Origin: Promethearchaeota archaeon
GTDB lineage: Archaea > Asgardarchaeota > Hermodarchaeia > Hermodarchaeales > Hermodarchaeaceae
Assembly (NCBI GenBank): GCA_048939245.1
Contig: JBHLPR010000005.1
Span: forward strand, 1 to 64,000
Direction of reading: 5' to 3'
Length of the DNA stretch: 64,000 nucleotides
This document shows positions 38,862 through 48,929 of the stretch, in pieces. Below the pieces are notes generated by a model. It saw only the letters and a list, made by a program, of their open reading frames with translations. It made no database searches and was not told where the DNA came from. The translations under genes were made by a program, and so were the position numbers. Each line of letters starts with the position of its first letter. Within the stretch, counting starts at the first letter, position 1.

Positions 38862-39157
38862 CCGCCGTTTTCCATATGGGTTTTTACTTCTTCCACAACT
38901 GTACGTCCTGCAACTACTTGATCAATTGAATGAACTGAAGCACCACAGGCTTCGAGGGCGGCTTTAACCTCTTCAAATTCAAGGTTATCCCCTTCAACTG
39001 TAACTTTTATTGACTCTGTATGTGAGTCGACTTCAACCAAAGCGACGTTGACACCAACGACGCCATCAATTTTTCCAACCAACGTTGCTATATCAACCAA
39101 GTTCGGAACGTGTGGTTTGAGAACATCGAGAACTAATCGTTTGATACCCGAAGGCAT
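38858..39157 (-). CDS. DUF211 (COG1888) protein
   Basis: IKRLVLDVLKPH...SVHSIDQVVAG. Confidence 0.93.
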   Translation of the reverse strand: MPSGIKRLVLDVLKPHVPNLVDIATLVGKIDGVVGVNVALVEVDSHTESIKVTVEGDNLEFEEVKAALEACGASVHSIDQVVAGRTVVEEVKTHMENGG

Positions 39158-39304
39158 CTTAGGATTTCACTCCCAGCAACCTTAGGAATAAGTTGCGTAA
39201 GTTTCCTAAGTTAGTGTATGTTCTTGAATTTTTCTATTCAACGTTATTATGCACTAATTGCTGAAATTACTGAATTCAAATTGAAGGATCTAAAGGTTTT
39301 CGAA

Positions 39305-40489
39305 TCATTCGGTGTGGACACGGAAAAGGTCTATATCGCCTTGCATCTGGGTCAAGAATTCACGAGTTGACCGCTCCACGTCACGAGATTGCGTAATATA
39401 GCGTCCAACAACGATGATATCAGCCTTAGCTTTGAGAGCCGCTTCAATATTGTCTGGGCGGATACCTCCTGCTACTGAGACGAGTAATCGTTTACCTTTG
39501 AAAGCCGCTTTAACCTCCTTTACGACACCCCATTTGTGGTCTGCACGTCCTTCAGTATCTATTCCTCGATGCATAATTACGACATTGGGTGGCATTTTCA
39601 GACTCTGAAGTTTGGCTATGGGATCTTCAACGTTCATCATGTCGACAAAGGAGTAGATTCCTAACCGGTTTGTTTCATAAATGAATTGATCAATGGTTTC
39701 AACGGAGGCTAATCCTGAGACTACCACTGCGTCAGCTGATTCATCAAAGGCTAAATCGACTTCCACCTTCCCTACATCAAGTGTTTTGAGATCTGCAACT
39801 AAGAACTTGTCCTTAGCTACTTCACGGATATCGCCAAGGATAGCGGTGCCGTACCTTTTGATAAGTGGAGTACCAGCTTCTAAGATGAGATTATCACTCC
39901 GAGGCAAAGCAGCAATAATCTTCTTCGTTTTGTCTAGGCTTGGAACATCCAAAGCGATTTGTAAATATGGTGGACGCCATAGTCTTGGTACACGAAAACC
40001 CATAATCGGGTGGGTGGCTCGATCTTTGTCGTACATGATTTTATCCACCGGCGGATAACTAGAAAGTGCTCGTTGAATCGATAGCTTTGTGGCAGCGTAG
40101 TTGTAGTGATAAATCCGTCGGTAATCTTTTGCATCGGGATGAATGAAAACACTACAGATAACTACCCACTCATCTGCTTTCCCCTTAGGAATAATTCCTT
40201 CCTCTAGTGAATCAGCCACGGCTTTAGCTACCGCTGCTTGCGCTGGACCAAAGACCTTCTCAGCATCACCCATATCCTTCACAGTAACCTTAGGAATAAT
40301 GAGTGTATGCGGCTTGGGGGGTAAATTGGGTCTAATCACCGCTAACAACGGTGAATGACCGTGAGAGACGTTAGTCATTCCATGAGCAAATGCTGTTCCA
40401 ACAGGACCCGATTTCTCACCAATTATGAGATCAATATGAGCAATTTCGTTTCCTTTCCCAACAAGAGCTTCACCAACAAGATATACCAT
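39305..40489 (-). CDS. fae-hps: Bifunctional formaldehyde-activating enzyme / 3-hexulose-6-phosphate synthase
   Basis: GEALVGKGNEIAHIDL, FGPAQAAVAKAVAD fused to PYLQIALD, EAGTPLIK, DLKTLD, HRGIDTE. Confidence 0.96.
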   Translation of the reverse strand: MVYLVGEALVGKGNEIAHIDLIIGEKSGPVGTAFAHGMTNVSHGHSPLLAVIRPNLPPKPHTLIIPKVTVKDMGDAEKVFGPAQAAVAKAVADSLEEGIIPKGKADEWVVICSVFIHPDAKDYRRIYHYNYAATKLSIQRALSSYPPVDKIMYDKDRATHPIMGFRVPRLWRPPYLQIALDVPSLDKTKKIIAALPRSDNLILEAGTPLIKRYGTAILGDIREVAKDKFLVADLKTLDVGKVEVDLAFDESADAVVVSGLASVETIDQFIYETNRLGIYSFVDMMNVEDPIAKLQSLKMPPNVVIMHRGIDTEGRADHKWGVVKEVKAAFKGKRLLVSVAGGIRPDNIEAALKAKADIIVVGRYITQSRDVERSTREFLTQMQGDIDLFRVHTE

Positions 40490-40603
40490 ATAATTTCGTC
40501 CCCAGTGATGATTTCAAATTCCTTAACCCCAACATCCGTTATAATAACGTTTTGTGACAATACTAATGGTGAAGTGTAGGAATGCTTATGACATTCTTTG
40601 CCT

Positions 40604-40777
40604 TTACCAGGTCATTTCTCGTTGGAAAAGAAGATAGTGGTTGACCCAGTTTGGATCACCTGTGGCTTGATAGGTGTGTAGTTGCCAACCTTCTTTTTGA
40701 TATTCAGCAATTACTCGTGCAATGTTTTTGTGGTGATTTACTTGTACGCATATATATTCGAAATCGATCTCCTTCAA
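40604..40777 (-). CDS. Small DUF4177-like protein (57 aa, below the ORF-track cutoff)
   Basis: TTG start behind AGGTGA; MKEIDFEYICVQVNHHKNIARVIAEYQKEGWQLHTYQATGDPNWVNHYLLFQREMTW shows the EY...EGWxL...LLFxR pattern. Confidence 0.75.
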   Translation of the reverse strand: MKEIDFEYICVQVNHHKNIARVIAEYQKEGWQLHTYQATGDPNWVNHYLLFQREMTW

Positions 40778-40834
40778 AGGGATTTCACCTATCTAGTTTT
40801 CAGAGAGAATTGGAATAAAAGGATTCGCAGCCAC

Positions 40835-40873
40835 CTACAAGAGGTTGTAGCCAACTTTTGTTGACCAAAAGTT
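40835..40873. promoter_or_regulatory. Two tandem inverted repeats (candidate operators) in a divergent promoter
   Basis: CTACAA-gagg-TTGTAG (40835-40850) and AACTTTTG-ttgac-CAAAAGTT (40853-40873), next to TTTAATA. Confidence 0.55.
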
Positions 40874-40951
40874 TAATACCCTGTGATTTCCTTTGGAGGG
40901 TAATTCGACTCTCTTTGATTATGGAGGTGTTATGCTTGGCAACTGATCAAG

Positions 40952-41329
40952 ATGGGGTTGGCTGCGAAATCCTCCATGAAAGACGACTTCTTAGATGATT
41001 TGTATTCCTTGCAGCGGCAAGGAAGCTTCTTTCGGCTTCTGGCGAATACTTTTGCTCAACTAGCGAAAACCCGATTGACAGAAAAACAAAGGTTCCTATT
41101 ACATGCTTCGCGGTATGCAATCCAATACCATCCATCTCTTTCACCAACTGCACTTGCAGACTACTTAGCACGGAAATTTCAGTTACCTTTGAGTACAACT
41201 AAGTTTAACTTGAAGGTTCTAATAAATGCAGGATTGTTAGAGATTAACTCACCAAGAAAATGTAGGACTACTATCCGTCTTTCGTTCGGTGGTCATCTTC
41301 TCACGCAGCTTCTCCCCAAACCCGATTGA
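40952..41329 (+). CDS. Winged-helix DNA-binding protein
   Basis: LADYLARKFQLPLSTTKFNLKVLINAGLL...LSFGG. Confidence 0.75.
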   Translation: MGLAAKSSMKDDFLDDLYSLQRQGSFFRLLANTFAQLAKTRLTEKQRFLLHASRYAIQYHPSLSPTALADYLARKFQLPLSTTKFNLKVLINAGLLEINSPRKCRTTIRLSFGGHLLTQLLPKPD

Positions 41330-41355
41330 TTGCACATACTTCATCAAAGTATCAT

Positions 41356-41378
41356 GAGGCCTACATTTTGTGGGCCTC
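41356..41378. terminator. GC-rich hairpin between convergent genes
   Basis: GAGGCCTACA-ttt-TGTGGGCCTC, 10-bp stem; function (terminator or 3' stabiliser) inferred. Confidence 0.4.
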
Positions 41379-41389
41379 TTGGTTCCTTT

Positions 41390-42409
41390 CTATAATTTGG
41401 CAGCAACCATTTGAGTGAGTTCAATCAATCGGGTGCTGAATCCTGCTTCATTATCATACCAAGAAACAACATGTGCGAATTTATCATCGAGGATTTCTGT
41501 TAGTTCACTATCCAAAACTGATGAGTGGTGGTTGCCGATAATATCAGTTGATACAATTGGATCTGTATTATATTGCATGATGCCCTTTAGATAAGTGTTC
41601 GAAGCGTCTAGGAATGTCTTGTTGAGTTTTTCTTTTGTCGTTGGCCTTTCAAGTTCAACACTGAGGTCGATTATAGAACCATCAGGAACTGGAACACGAT
41701 AGGCCATAGCAGCCATTTTTCCTTCGAGTTGAGGAAAGAGACGAATAATTGCTTTGGCAGCACCTGTTGTTGTTGGAATGATATTGATTGCTGCTGCACG
41801 AGCACGACGATAATCTTTATGGATGCCGTCTAGAAGGTTTTGACCTAGCGTATAGCCGTGGATGGTGGACATGAACCCGTGCTTAATTCCATAATTATCG
41901 AGAAGCACTTTGATGACAGGAGCAAAGCAGTTAGTGGTACAGGAGGCGTTCGAAATGATATGGTGCTTTTCAGGGTCGTATGTGTTGTCGTTGACTCCTA
42001 AGACAAACATTGCGTCTTCTCCTTTACCAGGAGCAGAGATGATGACCTTTTTTGCACCAGCTTGAAGATGTAATGCAGCCTTTTCACGTTCGCGAAAAAC
42101 ACCTGTAGCTTCAATTGCTATGTCTACATCGAGTTTTTTCCAAGGTAATTTTGCTGGATCTCTTTCCTGGAATAGCCTAATTGAGTGATTGTCAACGATT
42201 AGTTCTTCTTTAGCAGTTTTGATTTTTCCGTCATACTGCCCATATACGGAATCGTAGCGTAAGAGATGCGCTAGTATTTCGGTGTCTCCTAAATCGTTAG
42301 CAGCGACCAATTCAACATCTTTAGCATGAATTATTCCACGAAGAAAGTTCCGACCAATTCGACCAAGACCGTTGATGGCGACTTTTACAACCATAAAGTA
42401 TCCCTCCAC
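41390..42409 (-). CDS. gap: Class I (bacterial/eukaryote-type) glyceraldehyde-3-phosphate dehydrogenase
   Basis: INGLGRIGR, SNASCTTNC, PTTTGAAKA, SWYDNE. Confidence 0.96.
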   Translation of the reverse strand: MEGYFMVVKVAINGLGRIGRNFLRGIIHAKDVELVAANDLGDTEILAHLLRYDSVYGQYDGKIKTAKEELIVDNHSIRLFQERDPAKLPWKKLDVDIAIEATGVFREREKAALHLQAGAKKVIISAPGKGEDAMFVLGVNDNTYDPEKHHIISNASCTTNCFAPVIKVLLDNYGIKHGFMSTIHGYTLGQNLLDGIHKDYRRARAAAINIIPTTTGAAKAIIRLFPQLEGKMAAMAYRVPVPDGSIIDLSVELERPTTKEKLNKTFLDASNTYLKGIMQYNTDPIVSTDIIGNHHSSVLDSELTEILDDKFAHVVSWYDNEAGFSTRLIELTQMVAAKL

Positions 42410-42511
42410 GGGGATTGACGATTCAATATTTTTTGGCTATAAGTGTTTCCGCTTTTAACGGATACCAGACAGGGACGAATAGAAGTCGCTTGGAAAAAAG
42501 ATTATAGACGA

Positions 42512-42952
42512 TTATTCTTCGAGTTGTTCTTTGATGCTTTGAGGTAGAGGTTCTCGAGCAAGGAGATAGACAACAGAAAGTAGGAACAGATCAAAATCTG
42601 AAAGGTCGTCAATGTTTGCCCAAGGAGTTGATTCGAGCGTCACACACAAAACGGTAGGTTCTTCCCCTTTTTTCAAAGCATATACATGTCCCATCTTTAA
42701 ATCAATTTCAAATGTTGCCTCCGCTCGCTGGATGACTAGGCGATTTCCCCGAATCTTGAACCCCTCGGATTGAAGTAATCGTTTTAAACTTCCAAGATTT
42801 CGATTTTGCGTGGGTTTTGGTTTACCTGTTACCTGGAGGTCCCTTCTTCGTCGAAGATCTTGCATCCATCGGTCATTCTGTGTTTCATCACTCATTTCTT
42901 CATCTGAAGAGGGTTTTTTGGAACGCGAAGATGGATTGATGTAAACACACAC
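42512..42952 (-). CDS. Hypothetical protein
   Basis: 146-aa ORF with GTGAGGAG upstream; no family recognised. Confidence 0.6.
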   Translation of the reverse strand: MCVYINPSSRSKKPSSDEEMSDETQNDRWMQDLRRRRDLQVTGKPKPTQNRNLGSLKRLLQSEGFKIRGNRLVIQRAEATFEIDLKMGHVYALKKGEEPTVLCVTLESTPWANIDDLSDFDLFLLSVVYLLAREPLPQSIKEQLEE

Positions 42953-43018
42953 TCCTCACGTGAAATTATAATCATGACAAAATAGGCATTGGATAGGATG
43001 ACAAGATTGAGAATTTAA

Positions 43019-43390
43019 TTACATAAATCCTCCAATATTTGCTGACGCTTTTGCTATTTCAACATAAGCGCCTTGAACATCACCTTGAGGGGAAACGTAG
43101 GCTATGACATAGCCTTTGTCACGCGCGGCAGTGATAACAATCGATCCTTGACCACGAACGTTGGTTGCTACTAGGTGATGATCAGTTGCTTGAATAGTAC
43201 TATATTTTACACCTTGAATTGTTACACTGGGCGGTTTGTTTTGAATGGCTGAAAGAATTTCAGTGCCTGTAATCGTCCAGTTAGGAGTTGTGAATAGTAC
43301 AGTTCCGTCGCTTCTGACAACGGAAACCGCCATAATGGTACTGTCGACTTGTTGCATATAGTTGACCCAAGCTTGGATGTTTTCAGACAT
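43019..43390 (-). CDS. Profilin (Asgard type), 123 aa from ATG 43390
   Basis: MSENIQAW...DGTVLFTTPNWTI...SVTIQGVKYS...ATNVRGQGSIV...IAYVSP matches the Asgard profilin pattern; GAGGTG upstream. Confidence 0.85.
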   Translation of the reverse strand: MSENIQAWVNYMQQVDSTIMAVSVVRSDGTVLFTTPNWTITGTEILSAIQNKPPSVTIQGVKYSTIQATDHHLVATNVRGQGSIVITAARDKGYVIAYVSPQGDVQGAYVEIAKASANIGGFM

Positions 43391-43443
43391 TTTTGTGCCT
43401 ACACCTCTCACTGCCGAATTTGAGTTAGTATAATAAGACACTT

Positions 43444-43761
43444 TTGAAATCGCTTACTAAAAGGTTCTGGCAGATGGATATGATTAAGTCTCACGATAAG
43501 GGAACCTTACTTAAAATTCATGTTAAACCGCGTTCAAAAAAACAAGCTATTTTCCTCGATCAATACGTCTGTAATGTTCATGTAAAATCGCCACCAACGC
43601 GTGGCCAAGCCAACCACGAAGTGGTAAAGCTCTTCGCTCAAAAGCTTGGTATTCCAACTCATCGCATCCAAATTATTTCGGGTAGGAAAAGCAGCAAAAA
43701 GACGCTCCTAATCGAAGGTGTGGACGTGGATGCTGTTTCATCAGCGCTGAAACTTGTGTAG
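43444..43761 (+). CDS. DUF167/YggU (UPF0235) protein
   Basis: IHVKPRS, SPPTRGQAN, IISGRKSSKK. Confidence 0.9.
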   Translation: MKSLTKRFWQMDMIKSHDKGTLLKIHVKPRSKKQAIFLDQYVCNVHVKSPPTRGQANHEVVKLFAQKLGIPTHRIQIISGRKSSKKTLLIEGVDVDAVSSALKLV

Positions 43762-43762
43762 C

Positions 43763-45559
43763 TTATTTTGTAACTTTGATTTGAGACTCGTACGCCATTA
43801 TGATATCCTGAACAGAGGTGGCTTCTTCAGGGGATTTGTCATATCGCCATGTGCCATCAAACCGAGGAAAGCGGATAGCTAGTCCTTCGTTTGGGGCAAC
43901 TTGGTTGAAGGCGCAGGTGTGTACAGGGCTTCTAGTTATTTCATCACCAACCACTTGAAAAACCAGTGCTGGTTTGAACCACACATCGGCTTTCATTTGA
44001 GAATCTACTAAAGCATCTTTATGAGCCATTATATGTGGTTTAAGACGTTTAGGCAGTTTTTCTAGTTCTTCGTCACTAAAACCGGTTCCCACTTTGCAAA
44101 CCGTCTTGAATTCACCAGTTTCTTCATCTCGAACTGCGGCCAAGAGAGCACCATAAGTTTTTGCGCGGCGTCCTCTACCCCAGAAAGCCCCAACAATGAC
44201 CAGATCCACAGGTCCTATTGCCTGAGCTTGGTAGGATTCTTTCAATTTGACCCAAAGCCAGCTACGAGCTCCTGCACGATATATTGAATCAGAAGAAGTA
44301 GATTTTACAATGAGCCCCTCACCTCCATGTTCAAGAGATTCCCGAAATAGTGCTTCAACTTCAGACGCAGTAGAATGATTTTGAGAGGGAACCAAACGAG
44401 AGTGTTCATTTTCAATGACTATTTGTTCAAGTCGATTTCGGCGCACAAGATATGGTTGCTGAGTGAGATCTTCACCATTTATGAATAGACTGTCAAAGAA
44501 GAAGACGGCTACCGGTATTTGTTTAACCATCTCATCGATTTTGTATTTTCGACGGCGGCGCATAAGAACCTGAAAAGGTAGTAGTTTCTTTGGATTTTGT
44601 TTATCGACCGCTACTGCTTCTCCTTCAACTATACACCGATCCGCTTTAAGTTTCGTTTTAGCCATTTGTACGACATCGGGATACATTGGTGTAATTTGTT
44701 CCAAACGACGAGAGAAGATTGTTACCTTATCAAGATCCTTGTGAATTTGCATTCGTTCTCCATCGAGTTTCCATTCGCTTGCTAGTTCTCCTTCTAGTTT
44801 CTCTACTATTTCCTGTGGTGTAGAAAGCTTTTGAGCGGCCATCATACGAATTGGTTTACCAACTTTTACTTCGACATTCTCGATACTCTGAATGCCTTCA
44901 GATGCAATAAGATCTGCGATATAACCTAGATCACTTGTGATATTATAGGATCGTTCTATTATGTCCCGATGTTCTTTTCCACCAGCAAAAGCCAAAGCAA
45001 GTGCATCAATAACTGTCATTTCCGCTATCCCGAGACGCAAACTACTAGTAACTGTGCGAAGTAGATAACGAGCTTCGATTGGTATAGCGGCATTAATTAG
45101 GCCAGCTAAGGTTCGAATCTTAAAATCCGAACTTCCAGCCCCTTGTGCTGATGCTATTTTGCTTAGTGAATCATAGACTTGCTTAATTGAGAGAGAAGAT
45201 TGGAAAAGAGCAGTCTGTCGTTTAGTTGTCAACAATTGTTCACAAGCTATGCCGATATCGCCTGTGCTGTTCACCTTTGCAGTTACCTGTTGGTTGTTAA
45301 TTCCTAATGCAATTGCTATTGCATTAATAGCCATTTTCTCTGCTATTCCAATTTCGGGTTTCCCAGTCCAATCAGGATAGAGCTTACCTTGAGTGAGGTA
45401 GACAACTTGCCCTATGATTTCCCTATTTGACGAATTAGCTAGATGTTCAAAGAGCTCAGCTAAGATATCAATCATTTCTAATCGTTTCGTGGTGCTTTCT
45501 AGCCGATTGTAATACTGGCATAACTCACGATATTCCAATTTCACTCGCCAATATCTCAA
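43763..45559 (-). CDS. lig: ATP-dependent DNA ligase
   Basis: EWKLDGERMQIH, EGEAV, EGLIVK, WVKLK, IRFPRF. Confidence 0.97.
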   Translation of the reverse strand: MRYWRVKLEYRELCQYYNRLESTTKRLEMIDILAELFEHLANSSNREIIGQVVYLTQGKLYPDWTGKPEIGIAEKMAINAIAIALGINNQQVTAKVNSTGDIGIACEQLLTTKRQTALFQSSLSIKQVYDSLSKIASAQGAGSSDFKIRTLAGLINAAIPIEARYLLRTVTSSLRLGIAEMTVIDALALAFAGGKEHRDIIERSYNITSDLGYIADLIASEGIQSIENVEVKVGKPIRMMAAQKLSTPQEIVEKLEGELASEWKLDGERMQIHKDLDKVTIFSRRLEQITPMYPDVVQMAKTKLKADRCIVEGEAVAVDKQNPKKLLPFQVLMRRRRKYKIDEMVKQIPVAVFFFDSLFINGEDLTQQPYLVRRNRLEQIVIENEHSRLVPSQNHSTASEVEALFRESLEHGGEGLIVKSTSSDSIYRAGARSWLWVKLKESYQAQAIGPVDLVIVGAFWGRGRRAKTYGALLAAVRDEETGEFKTVCKVGTGFSDEELEKLPKRLKPHIMAHKDALVDSQMKADVWFKPALVFQVVGDEITRSPVHTCAFNQVAPNEGLAIRFPRFDGTWRYDKSPEEATSVQDIIMAYESQIKVTK

Positions 45560-45614
45560 TTACACAATAAGAGAAAAAGATACTTACCGTGCAAACGGTG
45601 ATAACGGAAATCTT

Positions 45615-46766
45615 TTGCTTGGTCCCGTTATATCTGGAACGACGATGACTAAATGCATTATTTGCCAAAAGAAAACGGGTTTAGCTGAAATTCTCCCTGT
45701 CTGTGCGTCCTGTTTGCGATCAAATCCAGAGAGAGCTGCTGATATCGTTACTAGCGCGCATAAATGGCGTTCATATCTCTTTGAATTACCTGAAATTATT
45801 CCATATAATAAAAATGGAATTCAATGTAAGATCTGTTCAAATGAATGCCGTATTCCTATTGGAGGGCTTGGCTATTGTGGCTTACGTAGTAATCAGCAAG
45901 GACAATTATTACAGAAGGTTTCAGCCACAAAGAGTTTAATGCACTATTACTTGGATCCACACATCACCAATTGCTGTGGTTCATATTTCTGCCCAGCTGG
46001 AACGGGAGTGGGTTATCCCAAATGGGCAAAGAAACCACGACCCGAATATGGCTATTCGAATCTTGCGGTCTTTTTCTATGGTTGTAGCTTAGATTGCCTA
46101 TTTTGCCAGAATGTTTCTCATAAACAAATCGCTCGAGGAACAACTGTCAAAATAAATGATTTTATTGATGTAATCGAACAAAATTCGAAGATATCTTGTA
46201 TCTGTTATTTTGGTGGATCACCCGAACCTCAGTTACCATTTACAATACGTCTAATGGAGACCTGCCAAACAAACTTCGAACACCGATTGCTGCGCCAATG
46301 CTTTGAAATGAATGGACACGGTAACCCAGCATTGATGAAAAGAATGGGGAAACTGGTTGAGGAGAGCGGAGGAATTGTCAAGTTTGATTTAAAGGCCTTC
46401 TCGGATCCTATTTATCAAGCCCTTTGTGGAGTTAAAAAAGACGCAAGTTTTGCTAATTTCGCGATGCTTGCTGACTCTTTTTCTTTTGATGAACGTGGAT
46501 ATCCTCCGTTGATGGCGACCACGCTTTTGGTTCCTCATTATATCGATGAATTCGAAGTGACTCAAATTGCTCGATTTCTCAAGAATCTTAACCTGCCTTC
46601 TATTGAGTATAGTCTGTTGATTTTTCATCCGGCTCATCTAATGCAAGATTTGCCTATTACGCCTTTGGATCAAGCTCAACGCTGTTACGATGCAGCCAAA
46701 CGAGAGCTAGGGAAACCTCCCCATGTAGGAAATATCGGGTTATTGGGTGGAAGACTTAACTTGTGA
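45615..46766 (+). CDS. Radical SAM protein (PflA-activating-enzyme-like, archaeal type)
   Basis: CSLDCLFC (CxxxCxxC), N-terminal Cys clusters, KFDLKAF. Confidence 0.88.
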   Translation: MLGPVISGTTMTKCIICQKKTGLAEILPVCASCLRSNPERAADIVTSAHKWRSYLFELPEIIPYNKNGIQCKICSNECRIPIGGLGYCGLRSNQQGQLLQKVSATKSLMHYYLDPHITNCCGSYFCPAGTGVGYPKWAKKPRPEYGYSNLAVFFYGCSLDCLFCQNVSHKQIARGTTVKINDFIDVIEQNSKISCICYFGGSPEPQLPFTIRLMETCQTNFEHRLLRQCFEMNGHGNPALMKRMGKLVEESGGIVKFDLKAFSDPIYQALCGVKKDASFANFAMLADSFSFDERGYPPLMATTLLVPHYIDEFEVTQIARFLKNLNLPSIEYSLLIFHPAHLMQDLPITPLDQAQRCYDAAKRELGKPPHVGNIGLLGGRLNL

Positions 46767-46851
46767 ATTAGAATTAGCGTCGGGACTAGAGAAACGCTTA
46801 TATTGAAGCGCAAAGTGCAACAACCTTACTTTTAGACAGAGGTGACCCACT

Positions 46852-48474
46852 ATGTCAATGGGTGGTACTCCCGTACTGTTGCTTAAAGAAGGTACAAAAC
46901 GTGAACGTGGCCGCGATGCACAGCATAACAACATCATGGCGGCCGTAGCAATAGCAGAAGCTATTCGAACAGCTCTGGGTCCAAAAGGACAGGATAAAAT
47001 GCTGGTTGATAGCTTCGGAGATGTTACTATTACAAATGATGGAGCTACAATTCTAAAGGAAATCGATGTTGAACATCCTGCTGCAAAGATGATTGTTGAG
47101 GTGGCGAAAACCCAAGATGACGAAGTGGGTGATGGAACCACTTCAGCTGTTGTCTTAGCAGGAGAATTACTAAAACAAGCTGAAATGCTTACTGAACAAA
47201 AAATTCATCCAACAGTGATTGTTGAAGGGTATCGGAAAGCTACGGATAAAGCTCTTGAAGCATTAAACACAATTGCCGTAGATGATGCCAGCGATGTAAT
47301 GCTTAAGAAAGTCGCAATGACTTCAATGCAATCTAAGGTTGTATCTGAGTTTCGGAAATTCTTAGCAGACTTAGCTGTTGATGCCATAAAACGAATCACA
47401 GATACTGTTAATGGAACTAATCGTGCAGACCTTGATAATGTGAAGGTGGAGAAGAAAGAAGGCGGGACCATTCGCGATACCATGTTTATTGAAGGTATTG
47501 TACTCGATAAGGAACTTGTTCATCCTGGTATGCCAAAAAGTGTTCAGAAACCTAAAATCGCTCTAGTTCAAAGCGCATTTGAAGTAGAAAAGACAGAATT
47601 TACAGCAAAAATCGATATACGGGAAGTATCCCAGATGCAAGCTTTTCTTGATGAAGAAGAGCGAATGCTGCGGGATATGGTATCGAAAGTTAAGAAAGTT
47701 GGTGCTAATGTTGTCCTTTGTCAGAAGGGTATTGACGACGTAGCCCAACATTTTATGGCCCAAGAAGGCATTGTAGCGGTTCGACGAATTAAAGAAAGTG
47801 ATATGGAGAAACTAGCTCGTGCTACTGGTGGAAAACTGATCTCTAATCTTGATGATCTTACTAAGAAAGATTTGGGACATGCTAACGTTCTCGAAGAAAG
47901 AAAAATCTCTGATGACAAGATGGTCTTCGTGGAAGGCTGTAAGAATCCTAAGGCTGTTAGCATTCTTCTTCGAGGCAGTACTGACCTTGTTGTTGACGAA
48001 GCTGAAAGAGCCTTGCATGATGCACTTTGTGTAATTCGAAATGTAGTCGAGGATGGACGAGTCGTCTCTGGTGGCGGTGCACCAGAGATTGAAGTGGCCA
48101 GACAGTTACAAGAGTATGCTGAAAGTCTTCCTGGTCGTGAACAGCTTGCGGTCATTGCTTTCGCCGATGCCATGGAAATTATTCCCAAGACTTTGGCTGA
48201 AAACGCTGGACTTGATCCTATTGACATCATCGCTGACTTAAAAGTCCGTCACGAAAAAGGTGAAGCTTCTGCCGGTGTTGATGGCTTAAAGGGCAAGGTA
48301 GGTAATCTTGCTAAAGCCAATGTTTGGGAACCCTTAGTTGTGAAGCGCCAAGCCATTAAATCAGCAAGCGAAGTGTCTCAAATGCTTCTTCGCATTGATG
48401 ATGTGATTGCTTCTAAGGGTATGGACGGCGGTGGACCTGGTGGTCCACCTGGTGGCGAAGATTTTGAAGACTAA
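46852..48474 (+). CDS. Thermosome (group II chaperonin) subunit
   Basis: [33 protein letters not shown]. Confidence 0.98.
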   Translation: MSMGGTPVLLLKEGTKRERGRDAQHNNIMAAVAIAEAIRTALGPKGQDKMLVDSFGDVTITNDGATILKEIDVEHPAAKMIVEVAKTQDDEVGDGTTSAVVLAGELLKQAEMLTEQKIHPTVIVEGYRKATDKALEALNTIAVDDASDVMLKKVAMTSMQSKVVSEFRKFLADLAVDAIKRITDTVNGTNRADLDNVKVEKKEGGTIRDTMFIEGIVLDKELVHPGMPKSVQKPKIALVQSAFEVEKTEFTAKIDIREVSQMQAFLDEEERMLRDMVSKVKKVGANVVLCQKGIDDVAQHFMAQEGIVAVRRIKESDMEKLARATGGKLISNLDDLTKKDLGHANVLEERKISDDKMVFVEGCKNPKAVSILLRGSTDLVVDEAERALHDALCVIRNVVEDGRVVSGGGAPEIEVARQLQEYAESLPGREQLAVIAFADAMEIIPKTLAENAGLDPIDIIADLKVRHEKGEASAGVDGLKGKVGNLAKANVWEPLVVKRQAIKSASEVSQMLLRIDDVIASKGMDGGGPGGPPGGEDFED

Positions 48475-48500
48475 AATCGGTACTAAAAGAGGCGGAAGAT

Positions 48501-48749
48501 GTGTCAAAGAAAGGACCTGAAATCGGTCCTAAACGAATGACTCGATATGAGAAGTCCCGAGTAGTGGGAGCTCGTGCCCTCCAAATATCTATGGGCGCAC
48601 CAATTCTAACTCGGATTTCCTCGGATTTTCATGATCCGATTCGAATTGCTGAATTAGAATTGCAAAAACGAGTACTCCCTCTCACTATTAGGCGGAAATT
48701 ACCCTCTGGGGCATTTGAGGATATCGCACTAGTTGACCTGCTCGATTAG
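48501..48749 (+). CDS. rpoK: RNA polymerase subunit Rpo6/K
   Basis: MTRYEKSRVVGARALQISMGAP...LPLTIRR. Confidence 0.97.
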   Translation: MSKKGPEIGPKRMTRYEKSRVVGARALQISMGAPILTRISSDFHDPIRIAELELQKRVLPLTIRRKLPSGAFEDIALVDLLD

Positions 48750-48929
48750 TGTATTCCTCTTTTACTCTTTTTTATCAGCAACTCGAATTAAGAGACCTAA
48801 CAAAGCATGATTTAGTCTTGCATCAGTTTTGTGAAGCCACCTGTTTTTTTAAATCATCGAAACGCTTTTGCTATTTAAGAAACAGGCAGTGTATCATTCA
48901 TCTTAGCCTGCATTTCTTAGGTGTTGTAA

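Noticed and set aside
39181-39210. CTTAGGAA-N14-TTCCTAAG repeat, and TAGGCTT/AAGCCTA at 30333-30356
   Set aside because: Short inverted repeats with no further support; could be chance.
29199-46766. AmmeMemoRadiSam three-gene system
   Set aside because: AMMECR1, MEMO1 and the radical SAM gene are 5-16 kb apart and in different orientations; no operon evidence.
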